The notes below the pieces were generated by a model. The model saw only the letters and a list, made by a program, of their open reading frames with translations. It was not told the origin of the DNA and ran no database searches. The position numbers and the translations under genes were made by a program. A stretch of DNA of 63,980 bases, counting the filler, from Octopus bimaculoides (lineage: Eukaryota), in the NCBI RefSeq assembly GCF_001194135.2. It is 9 parts of 9 records of this genome, joined end to end, with 100 filler letters (N's around TTAATTAATTAA, not from the genome) between each part and the next. Parts side by side here need not be neighbours in the genome. Positions count along the whole stretch, not along the records: positions 22,408 to 48,148 come from NC_068988.1; positions 48,249 to 50,907 come from NC_068986.1; 7 more parts are not named here. One strand, 5' to 3'. Shown here one piece after another: positions 39,200 through 50,625 of the stretch; positions within the stretch are counted from its first letter, which is position 1; every line of letters starts with the position of its first letter.

Positions 39200-40580
39200 C
39201 TAAAAGGTTAAGGCCATCTTTCTAGTCAGGCAACTGTGGGAGAAGTATGTAGGCAGAAGTAATTCTCTGTGCCTGGTATTCATTAATCAGGAGAAGGCTT
39301 TCACAGAGTCCCATGATCTGAAATCTGATAGTTGGTATGGAAGCTAGGGATTGGTAAATGTTTTGTGCAGGCCATACAAACTATGTATAAATCTGCAGTC
39401 AGTAAGGTGAGAGCCAGCAATGAGTTTAGTGTGCAAGAAGGAATGCTCAGGGCTATCTTCAGTCCACTCATTCTTCATTATAATCCTACAGGTCATGACA
39501 GAAGAGTATAAGACTGGCTTCCTATGGGTTCTTATAGTTAAATCTTTATTCTTATGGTTGAATCTTTAATTTATTTAGAGGAGAAATTTTAGACATGGAA
39601 GCAAAACCTTGAATCAAGAGGCATCCAAGTAAATCTAGTAAAGACTAAAGATTTATCAAATAGGGGAGAACACAAAATCTTGCTATCATCAGGCTTTACT
39701 TGAGATGCAGGTTAAGAGGAATAGAAATTCTGTATGGTGAACTCAGTATAAACTATGGCTACACAAGAAGAAAAGTTGATCACAAGCAAGCTAACTGAGA
39801 AGATAGACTTCATACACAGCAGGTGCACATAGGCAACAAGCACTGAGTTGGACGATTTGACTGAGGACTGGCTACACCAGGCTCCAATCTAATTTAGAAG
39901 TTTCTACAGCTGGATGCCCTTCCTAACGCCAACCACTCCGAGAGTGTAGTGGGTGCTTTTACGTGCCACTAGTACGAAGGCCAGTCAGGCGGAACTGGCA
40001 ACAGCCACGCTCGTAATGGTGTATTTTATGTGCCACCTGCACAGGAGCCAGTCCATCGGCACTGGCAACGATCTCACTCGAATGTCTTTTCCTGTGTCAC
40101 TGGCACAAATGCCAGGAAGGCAACGTTGGTAAAAATCACGCTGGTGCTATTTACGTGCCACCAGCATGGAAGTCAGACAGCTGCTCTAGCAACGATCATG
40201 CTCGGATGGTGCTCTTAGTGCTCAATAGATTTGTTTTTCAGATAGTTCCCTAGAAGAAGTTGATAACTTCTGTTTTCTAGGTGATCTACTTAGTGAAAGC
40301 TCAGTAAGACTGAGTTAAAAAACATGAGAGAACTATTACCTCTGCTGACAACTGATGGGTTTCCCCTCTGACTGAAGGGTAAATTGTAACACCATTTAGA
40401 TATGAAGAGCTGTGTTATAGAGTAAGGTGATGTGGGCCTTGAATGCAGAGGATTTGCAAAGACTAGAAAAAAAAGTGAAACATGTGAGCTGTATTGGATG
40501 AGTGATTTTGGTATGCATCAGTGACAGAGTACAAATGAGTCAAAACATGAACTGGATATGAATGGAACTTGTAGAAATGG
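39200..40580 (+). mobile_element. RTE-clade LINE fragment, reverse transcriptase region, interrupted by an antisense RTE 3'-end insertion at 39845-40225
   Basis: Fragments QLWEKY...LVFINQEKAF, LEEVDNFCFLGD, RELLPLLTT and WALNAEDLQRLE; many stops. Confidence 0.8.
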
Positions 40581-41029
40581 GAAACTGAAGAAAACTAATC
40601 TCAATTTATTGCATTTAACTGAAGAAAATGACAATGGATCTTGCAATATCTATTCTGGCTTTTAATGTTCTGAATTCAAATTCCAGCACTGGATTCAAAT
40701 CCTACTTATGGTCAGTGCTAATTACCTGACCATGAAACCACAATTACATCCAATGACAAGGCAATTTTTGGCTGCATGTTTACTTCAGTTACATTATGGT
40801 GGGGTTGGTGATAGAAGCAACAATTGTGATTATGGTGGTAGTTGTTGTTGTTGTTGTGGTGGTGGTGGTGGTGGTGGTGGTGGTGTTGATGTAAAAACAT
40901 TCAGAGTTTGTATTAATGCCCAACAAGTTTTTTTGGTGCGAGTAGTAGTAAGTCTATTGTTTTATGTTCCTGCACTTTACTTGAACATAGAACACGACAT
41001 AGTTGCTTACACAAACCTTCACTACATTA

Positions 41030-41443
41030 CTCTTACTCTTTTACTCGTTTCAGTCATTTGACTGCGGCCATGCTGGAGCACCGCCTTTAGTTGAGCAAAT
41101 CGACCCCAGGACTTATTCATTGTAAGCCTAGTACTTATTCTGTCGGTCTCTTTTGCCGAACCACTAAATTACGGGAACATAAACACACCAGCATAATTGT
41201 CAAGCGATGTTGCGGGGGACAAACACAGACACACAAACATATACACACACATACATATATATATATATATACATATATGCAACAGGCTTTTTTCAGTTTC
41301 CGTCTATCAAATCCACTCACAAGGCTTTGGTCGGCCCGAGGCTATAGTAGAAGACACTTGCCCAAGGTGCCACGCAATGGGAATGAACCCGGAACCATGT
41401 GGTTGGTAAGCAAGCTACTTACCACACAGCCATTCATGTGCCT
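41030..41443 (-). mobile_element. tRNA-derived SINE, family B, full length
   Basis: Reverse complement of 26762-27143 plus a ctcttactctt tail. Partial or diverged copies at ~20640-20810, 25335-25480, 37185-37520, 38470-38630, 46070-46220, 48890-49075, 53116-53300 and 58660-58915. Confidence 0.9.
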
Positions 41444-42951
41444 GAGGTGGTGTGAACTTGTCTACTGACCACAGATCTATCTATGGCCATTCACAGTTGA
41501 CCACAGACATAATACAGATATGGTGAAGAAGAGCATACAGACCACTAAACTGTTAGTTCATTAAGTGGAATATATTGGCTTTCAGTGAAGAAGAAGAAGA
41601 GATATATAACATTTCGGACACTGTCCATCCTTGAAACATAACATCTCTTCTTCTGGTGTTTCTGCTACTTTACATCAAAACATTTTTAATCTTTCATTGA
41701 AATGTCACACCTCTTCTGCCTCAAAGCATTCACATCTCAAAGACCTTCATTAAAACATCTCTCAACTCTTGTTGTTTTGTCTTATATCAAACATTTTTAG
41801 CACAGTCTTCCCTTTGAAAGGTCACTTCTCTTCCTATTCAGTTTCACATCAAACATTTCAGACACAATCCACCAAAGAAGCATCAAATTCCTCCTCTTCC
41901 CCCTCCTCCCCCTCCTCCTCNNNNNNNNNNNNNNNNNNNNNNNNNNNNNNNNNNNNNNNNNNNNNNNNNNNNNNNNNNNNNNNNNNNNNNNNNNNNNNNN
42001 NNNNNNNNNNNNNNNNNNNNNNNNNNNNNNNNNNNNNNNNNNNNNNNNNNNNNNNNNNNNNNNNNNNNNNNNNNNNNNNNNNNNNNNNNNNNNNNNNNNN
42101 NNNNNNNNNNNNNNNNNNNNNNNNNNNNNNNNNNNNNNNNNNNNNNNNNNNNNNNNNNNNNNNNNNNNNNNNNNNNNNNNNNNNNNNNNNNNNNNNNNNN
42201 NNNNNNNNNNNNNNNNNNNNNNNNNNNNNNNNNNNNNNNNNNNNNNNNNNNNNNNNNNNNNNNNNNNNNNNNNNNNNNNNNNNNNNNNNNNNNNNNNNNN
42301 NNNNNNNNNNNNNNNNNNNNNNNNNNNNNNNNNNNNNNNNNNNNNNNNNNNNNNNNNNNNNNNNNNNNNNNNNNNNNNNNNNNNNNNNNNNNNNNNNNNN
42401 NNNNNNNNNNNNNNNNNNCCTCCTCTCCCCCACCCTGTCTCCTCCTCCTCCTCCTCCTCCTCCTCCTCCTCCTCTTTTTCAACAAGGTGGTGGAGAAGGA
42501 GGACAGCTTATATTGGCCAATATTTACAAGTCACCTCCCACACAGATCATTGCAAGTGTCCTTGTAGTCCGTAGACTTCCTCCCTTTACCCTTAATGTCT
42601 CAGCTGTTTTACTACTTCCATGCCACCGCCACTACTCTATGTAAGTATGACCCTCCATCTACATGACAGCATACTAAATTTAAAAATAGCGGAATAAGAC
42701 AGAAATAGTGCAGATATATATTTATAGCCGTTGCTAGAATATATGGCACAGAATAACGGTAGTAGTAGCAACACACATTATAGGTATTGAAAAATCCGTG
42801 TGTAGAGTATTATAATAAAGTGACCTTAATTGTTATTTGGTTAGCAAAATGTCACAGCATACAATGGTTGGCATCAGGTTTACAGGGTGTGTAGAAAGTA
42901 CAAAACAGATTAGAAATGTAGATACAATGCATATTTATAGCATAAGCAACC

Positions 42952-42991
<40 letters not shown>

Positions 42992-43029
42992 TAATAATAA
43001 TGATAATAATAATAATAATGATGATCTCA

Positions 43030-43680
43030 AATTTTGGCACAAGGCCAGTTATTTCAAGGGAATGGGTAAGTCGGATTCCATCATCTCCAGTACTCAACTG
43101 GTAGTTATTTTATCGACCCCCAGAAGGACAAAAGGCAAAAATCAACCTCAGTGGATTTTGAATTCAGAACATGAAGACAGACGAAATGATGACGATGATG
43201 ATGATGATGATGATGGCAGAATCATTTGCACGCTGGGCAAAATGCTTCATCCGCCTTTATGTTCTGAGTTCAGATTCCACCAAGGTCAACTTTGCCTTTC
43301 ATCCTTTCAGGGTCAATAAAATATGTACCAGTTGAGCACTGGGGGTTGATTTAATCAACTTGCCCCGCTCCCTGCAAAACTGCTGGCCTTGCGCCAAAAT
43401 TTGAAACTAAGCATTTTGTCTGGTGTGATAACAATCCTGCCAGCTTCCCACATTAACAATCATAATAATAATGATTTCAAATTTCGGCACAGGGCCGGCA
43501 ATTTCAGAAGAGGGCCTAAGTTGATCAAATCAGTCCCCAGTATTCAACTGGTACTTACTGGTACTTTCATCCAAAAGAATGAAAGGCAAAGTCAACCCCA
43601 GTACCATTTGAACCCAGAATGGAAAGATAGATGAAATGCCATTAAGCATTTTGCCTGACATGTTGTGGATTCTGCTAGCT
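43030..43680. mobile_element. Cluster of three diverged family C SINEs in alternating orientation (-,+,-)
   Basis: Shared core at ~43030-43180, 43215-43410 and 43475-43680. Many more relics at ~3400-3800, 15470-15660, 20030-20125, 21870-22300, 29230-29650, 53465-53620, 55105-55330, 57325-57400, 57975-58315, 59735-59950 and 62075-62180. Confidence 0.75.
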
Positions 43681-44089
43681 TGTTGGCAAAATAATATTTA
43701 CATCCTTTCTCTGCAAAACACAATAAATTAAAGTTTTATTGTGTTTGTACCTTTGTTTTTATTTATGTTTTTTTTTGTTTTCAATTAAAGAGTTATTTAA
43801 ATAGTTTCACAAAATTTTTACAATAGTTTGATGTGACTAATATTAAATAAAATGTTTTGCTTTTCAGTAACAAGAGTGAATAGAATGAAATATTAATGAG
43901 GAAAACGAAATAAATTGATAAAATATCTGCTTAAATTAGTTATAATGAAATGGAATAAGTAAACAATCAACTTGGTAGATCATTAGCACTATCATCGTCA
44001 CCATCATTATCATCACTAATGTCATGATTATCAGCATCATCATCATCAATAACATCATCATCTCCACCACCTCCACCACCACCACCACC

Positions 44090-44147
<58 letters not shown>

Positions 44148-44479
44148 GTAGTAGCAGCAGCAACACCACCACCACCACCACTACCATCACAAACCACTAA
44201 TGTCCACTATTACCATAACTACCAACAGAAACAGACTCTGTTTTTTTTATTCTTTCCCTAACAAGGATTTTGAGATATTTTTTTCCAAATGGCAATATTT
44301 TGATAGAATTCCAACCAGCTTTTCATTGATTTTTTTTTATAAATCAGTTATAGCAGGAGAAGGAATGAATGGTGTCCATGACTTTTACTGACCCTACCAT
44401 GTTGGTGATATTAGTGTAGTTAATGTTCAACTTAAACCTGGATAGGTTCACCATTCTCCAAGAAATGAACAACTGGTCT

Positions 44480-45010
44480 ATGATGTACCACATTTGTAGG
44501 TTAATCCTCTCTCTTGCAGTCTCTGGTGAAACTGATGCAGTTTGTATCATATCTGTAGGTTAACTTTCCCTTTTACCTTGGTGACACTGATGTAGTGCAT
44601 GACACATCTGTAGGTTAGATTTCTGTCTTACTCTTGTGAGACTGATGTCATAGGTAAGGTATCTGTAAGTTAACCCACTCTCTTTTACACTGGAAAGCCT
44701 GATGTCTATACCGAATCTGTAGGTTAACGTCTCTCATACAGGAGACACTGATGAAGTCTGCACCACATCTGTAGGCTAACTTTCTCTTTGACATTAGTGA
44801 CACTGATGTAGTGTATGATACATCTTTAAGTTAACCTTCGGTCTTATTCTAGCAAGACTGTTGTAGTGTGTACCATATCTATATGTTAACCCTCTCTGTC
44901 TTTCACACTGGTGAGTCTGATGTAGTCTATACCAAATCTGTAGGTTAACGTTCTCTCTCATACTGGTGAGACAGATGTAGCCTGTACCACATGTATAAGT
45001 TAACCCTCCT
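44480..45010. repeat. Diverged ~56-bp tandem array, about 10 units
   Basis: Recurrent actgatgtagt...catctgtaggttaac with spacing of 52-58 bp. Confidence 0.9.
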
Positions 45011-45829
45011 ACATTGATGATATTGATGTAAGTAATGCTCAGTGTACAGAGATGATGTAGGTGAGAAGGAAATACCTCTATGTAGCAGTGACTTTGTAGT
45101 CGTGGTGGTTGTTATTTGGCCTGTAGTCAACCCTGACTGTAACAATCCAGCTATGAACATTGTGTCTGTTTAAGAATATGTAATTGTACCTTATTTAAGA
45201 CAGTAGGGAGTGGTGTAAATTGAGATTCAGCTGCTTTTTGTAGCAGGTCATGCACCTATATACAAGTTCTTTATGGGTTCATGTATTGGGTGTGGTTTAT
45301 AGAGCTTCTATCCTTTTCCACAAAATTCATTATCACTCCTGTTGGCAATTTAATACATATAAATCAGAATAAATGTTATCATCTAACTTTTACCAATTTC
45401 AGCCACAATCTGCTGAATACTCCCAGGCTGACCAGAGCCAGGGAAGTGGATTTCATAGATGGAAACCGAAAGAAGCCTGTTGCATGTGTGTGTGTGTGTG
45501 TGTGTGTGTGTGATTTAATGTGCAAAGTATAAAGAAGTGAGCTACTGATAGTTTCTTGCTTTGGAGACATGTGTCTAGGTAGTTTCTTTGTAACATGGCT
45601 TATGTCTCCAAGCAGTCCTAAGGCTCTGAGCACATGGTATTTTCTATTGGAAAATTAGGACAGTGGTACATGAGAAGTCAAAGCAAAAAGTAGAAGGGTG
45701 AGAAAAAACTGAAAAAGAAAAGAAAGAAAATTACCGTTACTTCTCCTTTGACTGTAAAACCATAATTAAACAAGTTGTAGAATAATTCAATGGAAAGGAG
45801 TTCAAAGTCTGCATGACACTTACTCAATC

Positions 45830-46090
45830 TGGAGAGATTGGTATCATCCAGTTCACCACAAGAAATTTGTCTATATGCTTGCATTTATTGAAAATTTCAG
45901 ATCTGGAATTAATTAGTACAGTGGAATTCTTAGATCTAAAGAGAATGTGCAATCTTGCAGCAATGCATAAGTTGCATTTCTTAGACTCATTTACATATGG
46001 CATGGATTTCTCTACAATTCTCCACTTGATTGTATGTGGTGTGTAGTTGGTCTTCAGACCTGATATGTGACTAGCCAAGAAATTTGCTTC
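45830..46090 (-). mobile_element. Penelope-like element fragment, C-terminus of the GIY-YIG endonuclease region
   Basis: TIKWRIVEKSMPY...KKCNLC...HILF...LINSRSEIFNKCKH matches the 'WxI...CxLCxxE...LNxRxE...CxH' tail of Penelope ORFs. Confidence 0.8.
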
Positions 46091-46544
46091 TCAGCTATGT
46101 GGTTTCAAGTTCAATCCCACTCCGTGGCACCTTGAGCAAATGTCTTCTATCCTGCAGTATAGGCCTGGGATGGGTAAAGACTTGTAACTGGATTTGGTAT
46201 ATGGAAACTTAAAGTATATCCTTGTGTGTACATGATGAGGCTGATGGTGATGATGATCCATATCTATTTATCTACCTATCTATCTGTGTGTGTATGCATG
46301 CATGCGTGCATGAGTGTGTGTGTGTATGTATGTATGTATATATAAATATATATGTATGTATGTATGTATATATATATATATATGTATGTATGCATGCATG
46401 CATGTATGTATGTATGTATAGGACAATCAGTAAGTTGTCATAAAAGTACTCAGAGTTTCAAATGCCGGAGCTTAGAGCTAAGATGCATTCTCACCAGCTA
46501 TTGATGGCAATAGACACTATAAAAAACCATTATATATATATATA

Positions 46545-48140
46545 CAGTAGCGGCCATAGTATAAAGGTCAGTAGGAAATATTTATTATAGAAGATTAATA
46601 ACACGTTGAGATTGAATATTTTACACACAATTAGATATATCTAATATCTATCTTTTGTGAAAATTTCAAGTGAATGGAATAAATATCTCATAAGTTTTGA
46701 GGAAATAAACAATCTTCTAAATTGCAATGGCCAAAAGTTAAGGGTCACTTAGAAAAGATGAACTACTAACCGAGGTATTTGTTGTTTAGAAGACTGTCAA
46801 TGGGCTAACAGTTACTTCTTATGATCTTACTTTATTGGAACATTCAACTGTCAACATAGCAGCTTGTGAGAGACGACTGGTGTCCTGTGATGAAAAACAA
46901 AGGACTGTGCGCCTTCAGCAAAAAAGCAAGTCAAATTCTATGATAGCAACTTCTATAGGAAGGTCTAGAAGTGTTGTGCAATGAATTGTAGTTTGTTTAT
47001 GTCATAGGGATCGACAGGTGCTAAGCCTCAAACTGGTAGACCTTGTAAAACTTCACCAAGACAGGATCGTATTATAGGTAGAATGTCACTAAAGGATGGG
47101 TTTAAGAGTGCTGCTGAGATATCCTGTGAGTTAGGCCACACTTCCAATGTCAATGTATCGCTCACAACAATTTCTCGGAGGTTACAAGGTTCTGAGTTGC
47201 TTGCTCAGATACCGGCAAAGAAATCTCTGATTTCCAAGAAGAATCATAGAGCTCGTCTTCGTTTCGCTCACGAACATGTCGTTTGGACAGAAGAACAATG
47301 GTCGCAGGTTCATTTTAGCGATGAATCGAAATTTAATGTGATTGGTTCTGATGGCGGGATGTACATTTGTCGAAGTGGCGAAAGGTTATCTCATGCATGT
47401 GTGAAGAAGACAGTGAAATATGGAGGAGGCAATGTAATAGTATGGAGAGTAATTTCTGCTGCTGGTCCTCGTCCACTTATTCACCTACAAGGGGCTGTCA
47501 ATGCTGAAATCTACAAGCAGATTCTTAGACAGCATGCCTTTCCACATCTCCGATCCTCGTCAGTTCAACCTCCTATCTTCGAGCAAGACAACACTTTTTG
47601 TCATACCGCATAGAGAGTCAAAGATTTTTTTGAGTGATGAAAGGGTTGATCTCATGGACTGGCCACCTCAAAGTCCCAACCTCAAACCTATATCTTGGAA
47701 GATTATTGGAGAAGGGGCATGAAGGAGAAAGTCAAAGAACCAAGATGAACTCTGGGAATTATTGAAAAACAAATGGAACAATTTTACTCTATCGTTTTGC
47801 AGGAAATTAATCCAGTCCTGTGATAATAGAAGTCAGGACGTCATTGATAGTAAAGGGATGTTCACAAAATATTAATAGTATGGTTTCTGTTTTGTTCTTG
47901 TTCCATTTTCCATTGTTTTTCTAAGTAACCCTTAACTTTTGGCTATTTTGTAAGATTATTTGTTTATTTCATCATAACTTACAGAATATTTATTCCATTC
48001 ACTTGAAAATTTCACCAAAGATAGATATTAGATATATATAAATATGTGTAAAATATATAGTCTCAACGTTTTGTTAATCTTCTATAATAAATATTTCAAT
48101 ATACTTGTTCTTACTGACCTTTATATTATGGCCGCTACTG
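46545..48140 (+). mobile_element. Full-length (1596 bp) Tc1-family DNA transposon with long IR/DR ends; transposase decayed
   Basis: TA|cagtagcggcc ... ggccgctactg|TA with ~220-bp inverted repeats. The transposase has the GRP.KT linker, WSQVHFSDESKF (first D), FEQDN (second D) and WPPQSPNLKPI (third acidic residue region damaged), plus a stop and frameshifts. Confidence 0.95.
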
Positions 48141-48401
48141 TATACATANNNNNNNNNNNNNNNNNNNNNNNNNNNNNNNNNNNNNNNNNNNNTTAATTAA
48201 TTAANNNNNNNNNNNNNNNNNNNNNNNNNNNNNNNNNNNNNNNNNNNNTATATATATATACAAAGATAAATTACGGAGATGTACTTACATTGCAATAGCA
48301 AGTCACCTGGTCTGAGATCTTATGCTGCAACAAAAACAATTGCATTTTAAATCATTTAAAAACACACAAAAACCGTTACATTCACTTCAACATTTAAATT
48401 T

Positions 48402-48457
48402 AATTTGCCAAAATATTTTCGTCGCTTTGAGACCGCGACCTGTTCACTGACAAAATT
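48402..48457 (-). ncRNA. Candidate type I hammerhead ribozyme with a G3:C8 variant core
   Basis: The - strand reads UUUGUCA (helix I), GUGAACA, G, GUCGC-ggucucaaa-GCGAC (helix II), GAA, AAUAUU (palindromic helix III), U17, UGGCAAA (helix I). Confidence 0.65.
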
Positions 48458-48829
48458 CCGATCTGGCTTATAAACACCTTACACGCTGCAAATATAAATT
48501 AAATATAGACATCTTCATTGACAATCCAAAAATTTATTTATATTACAATATTACATTAAATACTGTGATTATAAAATATATAACATAACATATTATATAA
48601 CATAAATAATCATAAAAACCATAAAAGACCAACAAATTGTTTCGAGTTACATTTTTTCTGATATACATAATCACAGTTGCATTATATATATAGTCATTCC
48701 AGGATTTTGCGATTTAGAAAAAAACGAAATTCCTCAGTTTGTTACTTTATATATACAAGTATGTATATACATACACATATATATATACTTTATTAAAAAG
48801 CAGCAAAAATATCAAAAAATATCACAAGT

Positions 48830-48867
48830 AATGTTACTCAGTTTCACGTTCCCGTCCGTCGGACAGT
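48830..48867 (-). ncRNA. Decayed minimal type I hammerhead-like motif
   Basis: The - strand reads ACUGU, CCGACGG, ACG-ggaa-CGU, GAAAC-uga-GUA, ACAUU; two core mismatches (U4C, A9G). Confidence 0.4.
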
Positions 48868-49120
48868 TTTATTCTTTTATTCTTTTATTCTTTTATTTGT
48901 TTCAGGACGATGACTGCGACCATTCTGCAAGGACCGCAGGTAGTCGAGCAAATCGACCCCAGGACTTATTCTTTGTATGCTTAGTACTTATTCTATCGGA
49001 TTCTTTTGCCCAACTGCTAAGTTACGGGGACGTAAATATACCAGCATCGGTTGTTGAGCGTTGGTGGGGGGACAAACACGGACACACGAAAACACACACA
49101 CACACACATACACACAAAGC

Positions 49121-49164
<44 letters not shown>

Positions 49165-49194
49165 GTGTGTATGTATGTATGTATGTATGCATGT

Positions 49195-49226
<32 letters not shown>

Positions 49227-49296
49227 ATGCATATATACATATATACATATTTACAAAATTATACACACACACACACACATACACACACACACACAT

Positions 49297-49353
<57 letters not shown>

Positions 49354-49591
49354 GGGATAAAATCCAAAATTACAGGTAAAAACTCAATTAAAATCAATTT
49401 ATCAAAAATTAAAATTAAATTAAGTTTCACAGTATAAAATATATAAATATATAGTATTAGGGAATAGAACCAAGGTTTATGAACTCATCGATGAAAATCC
49501 ACTGTCACATACAGAAAAAAATTATAATTAAAAGTACAATAAATAACTATAATATAATGCAAATAAATATCATAAGATCAAGATGATAAAA

Positions 49592-49706
49592 TGACTACAC
49601 GTGTTTCATAAACAATTTTCAAATAGAAAGAAATTTAAATAGCTTAAGATCGATTAAAACTATCAAAAATCAATTCTATTCAAAAATATAGCTAATCTTC
49701 AGGTCA
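49592..49706 (-). ncRNA. Candidate type I hammerhead ribozyme with canonical core and long AU-rich helix II
   Basis: The - strand reads UGAC, CUGAAGA, an ~86-nt arm with internal pairing, GAA, ACACGUGU (perfect palindrome), A17, GUCA; the base of helix II is imperfect. Confidence 0.55.
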
Positions 49707-50208
49707 AAATACAACAATAATAATAAATGAATGTATATATCAACCAACAATAAATAACAAATGAATCTATATAAAATACTTATTATATAAAGGTAGAAAA
49801 ATGTTATTAATATATCAAAATAATAACCATTCCATAATCACTCCTACATCCATTATAAAATAATCTAATAAGTATATTATATATAAAAACCAACTATACA
49901 AATTTTTTCGTTTAAAATATAATTTGAACGAAGTTTAAGGTTAAAATAATAAAGATATTATTAGAACATATTTAAATGATGCAATATTTAAGCTAGGCTA
50001 TCTATGATTAAAAACATTTATTTATAAGACGTCTAGTGAAAATATTCCGTATAGTATAGGAAATTAATATAGAAAGACTAGGTATTTATCGCATAAAACA
50101 GTATTAATCGAAAATATTTCAGCCTTAATAAAATCGAGGTCTTATATTAGGTTAAAATGGTACTCTAATATATATATATATATATATATATGATAGATAC
50201 AGGTATAG

Positions 50209-50239
<31 letters not shown>

Positions 50240-50625
50240 TGTGTGAGTCTATATGCCTATGTGTGTAATTATGTATTTCTATTTGTCTATATGTTGAAGA
50301 GAAAACAAAGCTAAATAAGTATATTTTGCTTTGTCAGTGAGATTAAACTGCTCGATAATTCTCTCCAGCTGGAAATCGAATTTAGTGCAGTTATAAATTT
50401 ATTGTTTAATGGCTGTAAATTTGTAAAACTTTATATTCTTTTGTTATAAAAATTACAACTTTATATCTAACGACACTAGCCAGTTTTATTTGATAATATC
50501 TGTTTTCTCTATATGAGGCGGCGAGCTTGAAGAATCGTTAGCATGCTTGGCGAAATGCTGAGAGGAACTTCGTCCCTCAAAATCCGCCGAGATCACCTTA
50601 GCCTTTTCGGGGTTTATAAAATACA

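Noticed and set aside
25530-40580. RTE endonuclease and RT fragments as one element split by insertions
   Set aside because: A host exon lies between them, so they must be independent insertions.
44480-45010. CRISPR-like repeat-spacer appearance
   Set aside because: Eukaryotic context, spacers homologous to each other, degenerate repeats and no cas genes.
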